IMG/VR virus record: IMGVR_UViG_3300010223_000004
Coordinates: 1 to 48,667 of that record
Reading direction: 5' to 3' (one strand)
Length of the DNA stretch: 48,667 nucleotides
From: a virus
Taxonomy: Duplodnaviria; Caudoviricetes
In this document: one piece after another, positions 45,782-48,667 of the stretch
How the letters are laid out: each line of letters starts with the position of its first letter
How positions within the stretch are numbered: position 1 is the first letter of the stretch
Notes under the pieces: model-generated
Told to the model about the DNA's origin: nothing
What the model saw: only the letters and a program-made list of their open reading frames with translations
The model's database searches: none
Position numbers and translations under genes: made by a program

Positions 45782-47740
45782 CTACATTTCCAAAGTTCCT
45801 ACATCATCGAGGCCCCACCGTGTACCGACAGTCGCCTCTACTCCGAGCGGTACATCGAAGTCCACCGAGAACAGATGCTTTACCAAGAGCGGAACATGCA
45901 CCATCCTCTTCATACACCTGTAGGTGTGGTCTTCCCAGGTATCAGCCGGAACCTCCACTACTAGCGAGTCGTGCACGGTACCGATGGGCAGGACATCGAG
46001 CACTGGTTTATACCCTGGCAGGGTCCCGCTGATCCACGAGTTAGCGAGCTGCATCATGTCGCTGGCGAACGACTGCACGGGCGAGTTGATCGCCTGCCGT
46101 TCAGCGTGCCCAACCTCGAACCTGTCCTGCGACCAAATCTCCGGCAAGCGGCGAATGCGTCCTAGGGGGTTGACTGCTTGACCTTCCTCGCGGGCTCGCT
46201 GGATAGATCGAGCGTGCCATTCAAGCAGGCCCGGGTACGCCTCGAAGAACGAGTCCCTGATCTCCTGGGCTTCCTCTAGCGACAAGATCACGCCGTAGTT
46301 GTCGTCGGCATAGTCGCGGAAGGATTCAACGCTCATCCCGTACAGCAGTCCGAACGCTGCTGACTTCGCTATCTGTCGGTCGTGTTTGGTGATGTCCTCT
46401 AGACGCTTGCCGATAATCATTGAGGCGGTGACTCGGTGTAGGTCTTCTCCGCGCCTGTAAGCGTCCAGCATCGTCTCAACCTGCGCCATCCACGCTGCCA
46501 CGCGAAGCTCGATCTGGCTGAAGTCGATTTCCGCGATGTAGAACTCATCTCTAGGTATGAATGCGGATTTCAGATCCTTGCTGATCTGCTGAACGTTCGG
46601 GTTGCTGCTACTCAAGCGGCCCGTTGTGACACGTGCAGGCCAGTACGTCGTGTGGATGGTGCCCTGAGCCGACACATCATCTAGCCAACCGCGCAAGAAC
46701 TCACCCTGCTTGGAGGCGTTTCGGTATGCGAGTAGCTGGGAGGCCACTTCCGACCCGCTGCGCGCCTGCCGGTTCAGGACTCCCTTCGTCCACTGCGGAG
46801 AACCTTTAGATGTCATAGCCGTGATCTGAAGGTCATTGTGCTCTACCGCTCGATTGGCCCACTCACGGAACCATAGAGAGGTCGGTGCGAACGATGGCTC
46901 CCCGTCGAAGTCACTCATGTCATATCGTTCGACTAGCTTATGGAAGATGGCTCGCTCTTCCTCCCCTAGGCTATCTAGCCGGGACCGCACCTCGGGGATG
47001 TCGAGACGGATACCTCGTTGAACCATCTTTAGAAGGGCGGCCCCGGTAGGTGTCATCAGGTGAGTCATGAGGTATCCGAGACGTGCATCCTCGGCTTCCC
47101 CGCGGTCCATAGGGTCATCATCTCGGCTGACGAACATCACGCTCCGCTGCCAGTCCGCCAGGCGTTTGGTATAGATCGTGTCCTGAGCGGCATAGATGCC
47201 TAGCTGGAACAGCGGTACCTTCTCAGACGCTCCAGGCTTGCTCAAGTCGAAATCATCCCACCTATCCACCCCCAGCACCGCCGGAGCAACCTGTTTAAGG
47301 GATGTGGAGCTGTTCTCGTCTAGCAGGAATGAGGCGTGCTGTGTATCCCACCCGAAAAGGTCGGAGAGATCGACTCCCGTAGTGCCGTAAATCCACCTCA
47401 AGTCGAAGGATAAGTGCTGGTTTACGAGAGTGTGGCCAGCCGAGAGCAGGCGTTGGGCTATCTGTCTGAGGATATCCCGCCACTTACCGCAAAGCGGCCC
47501 CTGAGGATGGCTGAGCGGCACCACATACGTGCGCGGCTCTTCCCCTGCGATAGGAATAGTGAACGACGCCATCGACACTCGGGCAGGTACTCCGCCCTGC
47601 TCTCCGGTCTCATATTCATTGGGGCCCGTAGTCTCCAGGTCTAGAACGATTTCACCGTCAGCAGAGTCGATAGCGCGGTAAAGCGTCTCTAGATTCGGTT
47701 CATTGAGAATCCACCGCACACTAGACGGATCGAAACTCAC
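45782..47740 (-). CDS. DNA polymerase, family A, with 3'-5' exonuclease
   Basis: DLETTG Exo I, YAAQD Exo III, TGRLSSSNPNVQQI, DFSQIELR motif A, RQIAKSAAFGLLYG motif B, VHDS motif C. Confidence 0.97.
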   Translation of the reverse strand: MSFDPSSVRWILNEPNLETLYRAIDSADGEIVLDLETTGPNEYETGEQGGVPARVSMASFTIPIAGEEPRTYVVPLSHPQGPLCGKWRDILRQIAQRLLSAGHTLVNQHLSFDLRWIYGTTGVDLSDLFGWDTQHASFLLDENSSTSLKQVAPAVLGVDRWDDFDLSKPGASEKVPLFQLGIYAAQDTIYTKRLADWQRSVMFVSRDDDPMDRGEAEDARLGYLMTHLMTPTGAALLKMVQRGIRLDIPEVRSRLDSLGEEERAIFHKLVERYDMSDFDGEPSFAPTSLWFREWANRAVEHNDLQITAMTSKGSPQWTKGVLNRQARSGSEVASQLLAYRNASKQGEFLRGWLDDVSAQGTIHTTYWPARVTTGRLSSSNPNVQQISKDLKSAFIPRDEFYIAEIDFSQIELRVAAWMAQVETMLDAYRRGEDLHRVTASMIIGKRLEDITKHDRQIAKSAAFGLLYGMSVESFRDYADDNYGVILSLEEAQEIRDSFFEAYPGLLEWHARSIQRAREEGQAVNPLGRIRRLPEIWSQDRFEVGHAERQAINSPVQSFASDMMQLANSWISGTLPGYKPVLDVLPIGTVHDSLVVEVPADTWEDHTYRCMKRMVHVPLLVKHLFSVDFDVPLGVEATVGTRWGLDDVGTLEM

Positions 47741-48297
47741 GCCAGGCCGCCTCTCGTAGCCTCATGTCCACGAACTCGATGAGACCGCTCGGTTTTGGCT
47801 GCCTCGGCCTTGCTCCTAGTCGGGTGTACTGAGATTGTCTTGCCCGTATAGGCATCCACAACGGCGAAGGTACGGAATCGACGGTTAGTGCGGGGAATCA
47901 TGGCAATAGTCCTCGGTAGTATTGGTCGGGTCGTTCTTCTGCATCCTGCAGGAGCTCTCTCAGGCCGAGGATATCTACCATCTCGGCCAGCTGCTTGCCC
48001 TTGAACCTGCACGCTAGGGCGATACCTGCCTTACGGACGATCATAGGATGGATCGGCGGAGGCGGCGGCTCGTAACCGTTCTTGAATCCCATGTCATAGC
48101 CTCGCAGCCTCAACCAGACGCCAGAAGTAATCCTCTGACACGTCTAGGTGGAACGACTTGGTATCCGGGCTGTAGACGAATGCTTCGTTCACCACCCGAG
48201 CTACATCATATTTAGATGAGGGTTGGTCGAGGGCGGTGATTCTCATCGACACGAACTGTTCACATGAGTCCTTGGTACTGAACCGTGGGTTAGTCAT
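47737..48297 (-). CDS. Three small hypothetical proteins (47737-47901, 47898-48092, 48094-48297)
   Basis: Coupled ORFs upstream of the polymerase. Confidence 0.6.
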
Positions 48298-48320
48298 ACG
48301 TATATCCTATCAAAAGGGTA

Positions 48321-48372
48321 AGGCGGGGAGCGCTCCTTTGTTGGTCAACGCAGGTCAAATAGCTCCCCGCCT
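48321..48372 (-). ncRNA. TIGR-like guide unit downstream of the Tas-like gene
   Basis: 11-bp stem aggcggggagc/gctccccgcct around TA-tttgacctg-CGTTGACCA-acaaaggag-C. Confidence 0.75.
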
Positions 48373-48380
48373 CGTTTTTA

Positions 48381-48430
48381 AGGGTCAGGTGGACAGCAGA
48401 TGGTTATCGCAGTACTGGTGACCTGACCCT
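48381..48430 (-). ncRNA. TIGR-like guide unit overlapping the last codons and stop of the Tas-like gene
   Basis: 10-bp stem agggtcaggt/acctgaccct around CA-ccagtactg-CGATAACCA-tctgctgtc-C. Confidence 0.8.
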
Positions 48431-48612
48431 GGCTCGATATAGTCGTGAGGAATCCCGGTGTGCAGGCGGCGGGCTTCCCTCCACAAATCTCTCAACAGCC
48501 GCTTACTGATGAACCGCAAAGCATCATTGTGTCGATGCCCATCCGTCCACTCGGGGTGAGTGATGGCGGTGTGCTCTTTGCGAGCGTCATACACGGGTCG
48601 GTATACCGAACG
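48385..48612 (-). CDS. IS110/Nop-domain TasA-like protein (3' part, continued from 693..1)
   Basis: RSVYRPVYDARKEH...GHRHNDALRFISKRLLRDLWREAR, in frame across the circular junction. Confidence 0.85.
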   Translation of the reverse strand, partial: RSVYRPVYDARKEHTAITHPEWTDGHRHNDALRFISKRLLRDLWREARRLHTGIPHDYIEPGSGHQYCDNHLLST

Positions 48613-48667
48613 GGTATTCTTCACCATGCCCACCGAGATGATGTAGGCGCGGGTCTTGGCCTCGGTC

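Noticed and set aside
46511-46528. 14/18 match of predicted target ttcgacttcagctcgacc to the phage's own polymerase motif A region
   Set aside because: A four-mismatch hit to an 18-mer is about what chance gives in a genome this size, especially with 11 guides tested.
1-48667. tRNA genes, integrase/attP, reverse transcriptase/DGR
   Set aside because: No cloverleaf, recombinase or RT motifs were recognised by eye; tRNAscan and HMM searches would be needed to exclude them.

Overview
Complete circular tailed-phage genome of about 48,612 bp (positions 1-55 are repeated exactly at 48613-48667, i.e. an assembly overlap). It has siphovirus-type genes, is probably lytic (no integrase or repressor seen) and probably infects an actinobacterium. 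Modules: replication/recombination (SNF2 helicase, AAA helicase, Prim-Pol, Cas4-like exonuclease, Sak4-like ATPase, SSB, VRR-NUC, DNA polymerase A), lysis, an accessory region (Dam-type methylase, dCTP deaminase), head/tail morphogenesis, and a glycosyltransferase/kinase cassette. The main result is a candidate RNA-guided system largely missed by the ORF track. A 306-aa protein spans the contig junction (minus strand, 693->1 then 48612->48385). It has the IS110/Nop-like RNA-binding region but no recognisable nuclease domain (TasA-like). It is accompanied by 11 minus-strand stem-loops with a shared internal layout: mostly CA, 9 variable nt, a CGATAACCA-like loop, 9 variable nt, C. This matches the layout of TIGR-type dual-spacer guide RNAs. 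The units are dispersed over five sites in three transcription units, and three of them lie in frame inside the effector's own coding sequence. All calls come from manual motif reading; no database search was run.
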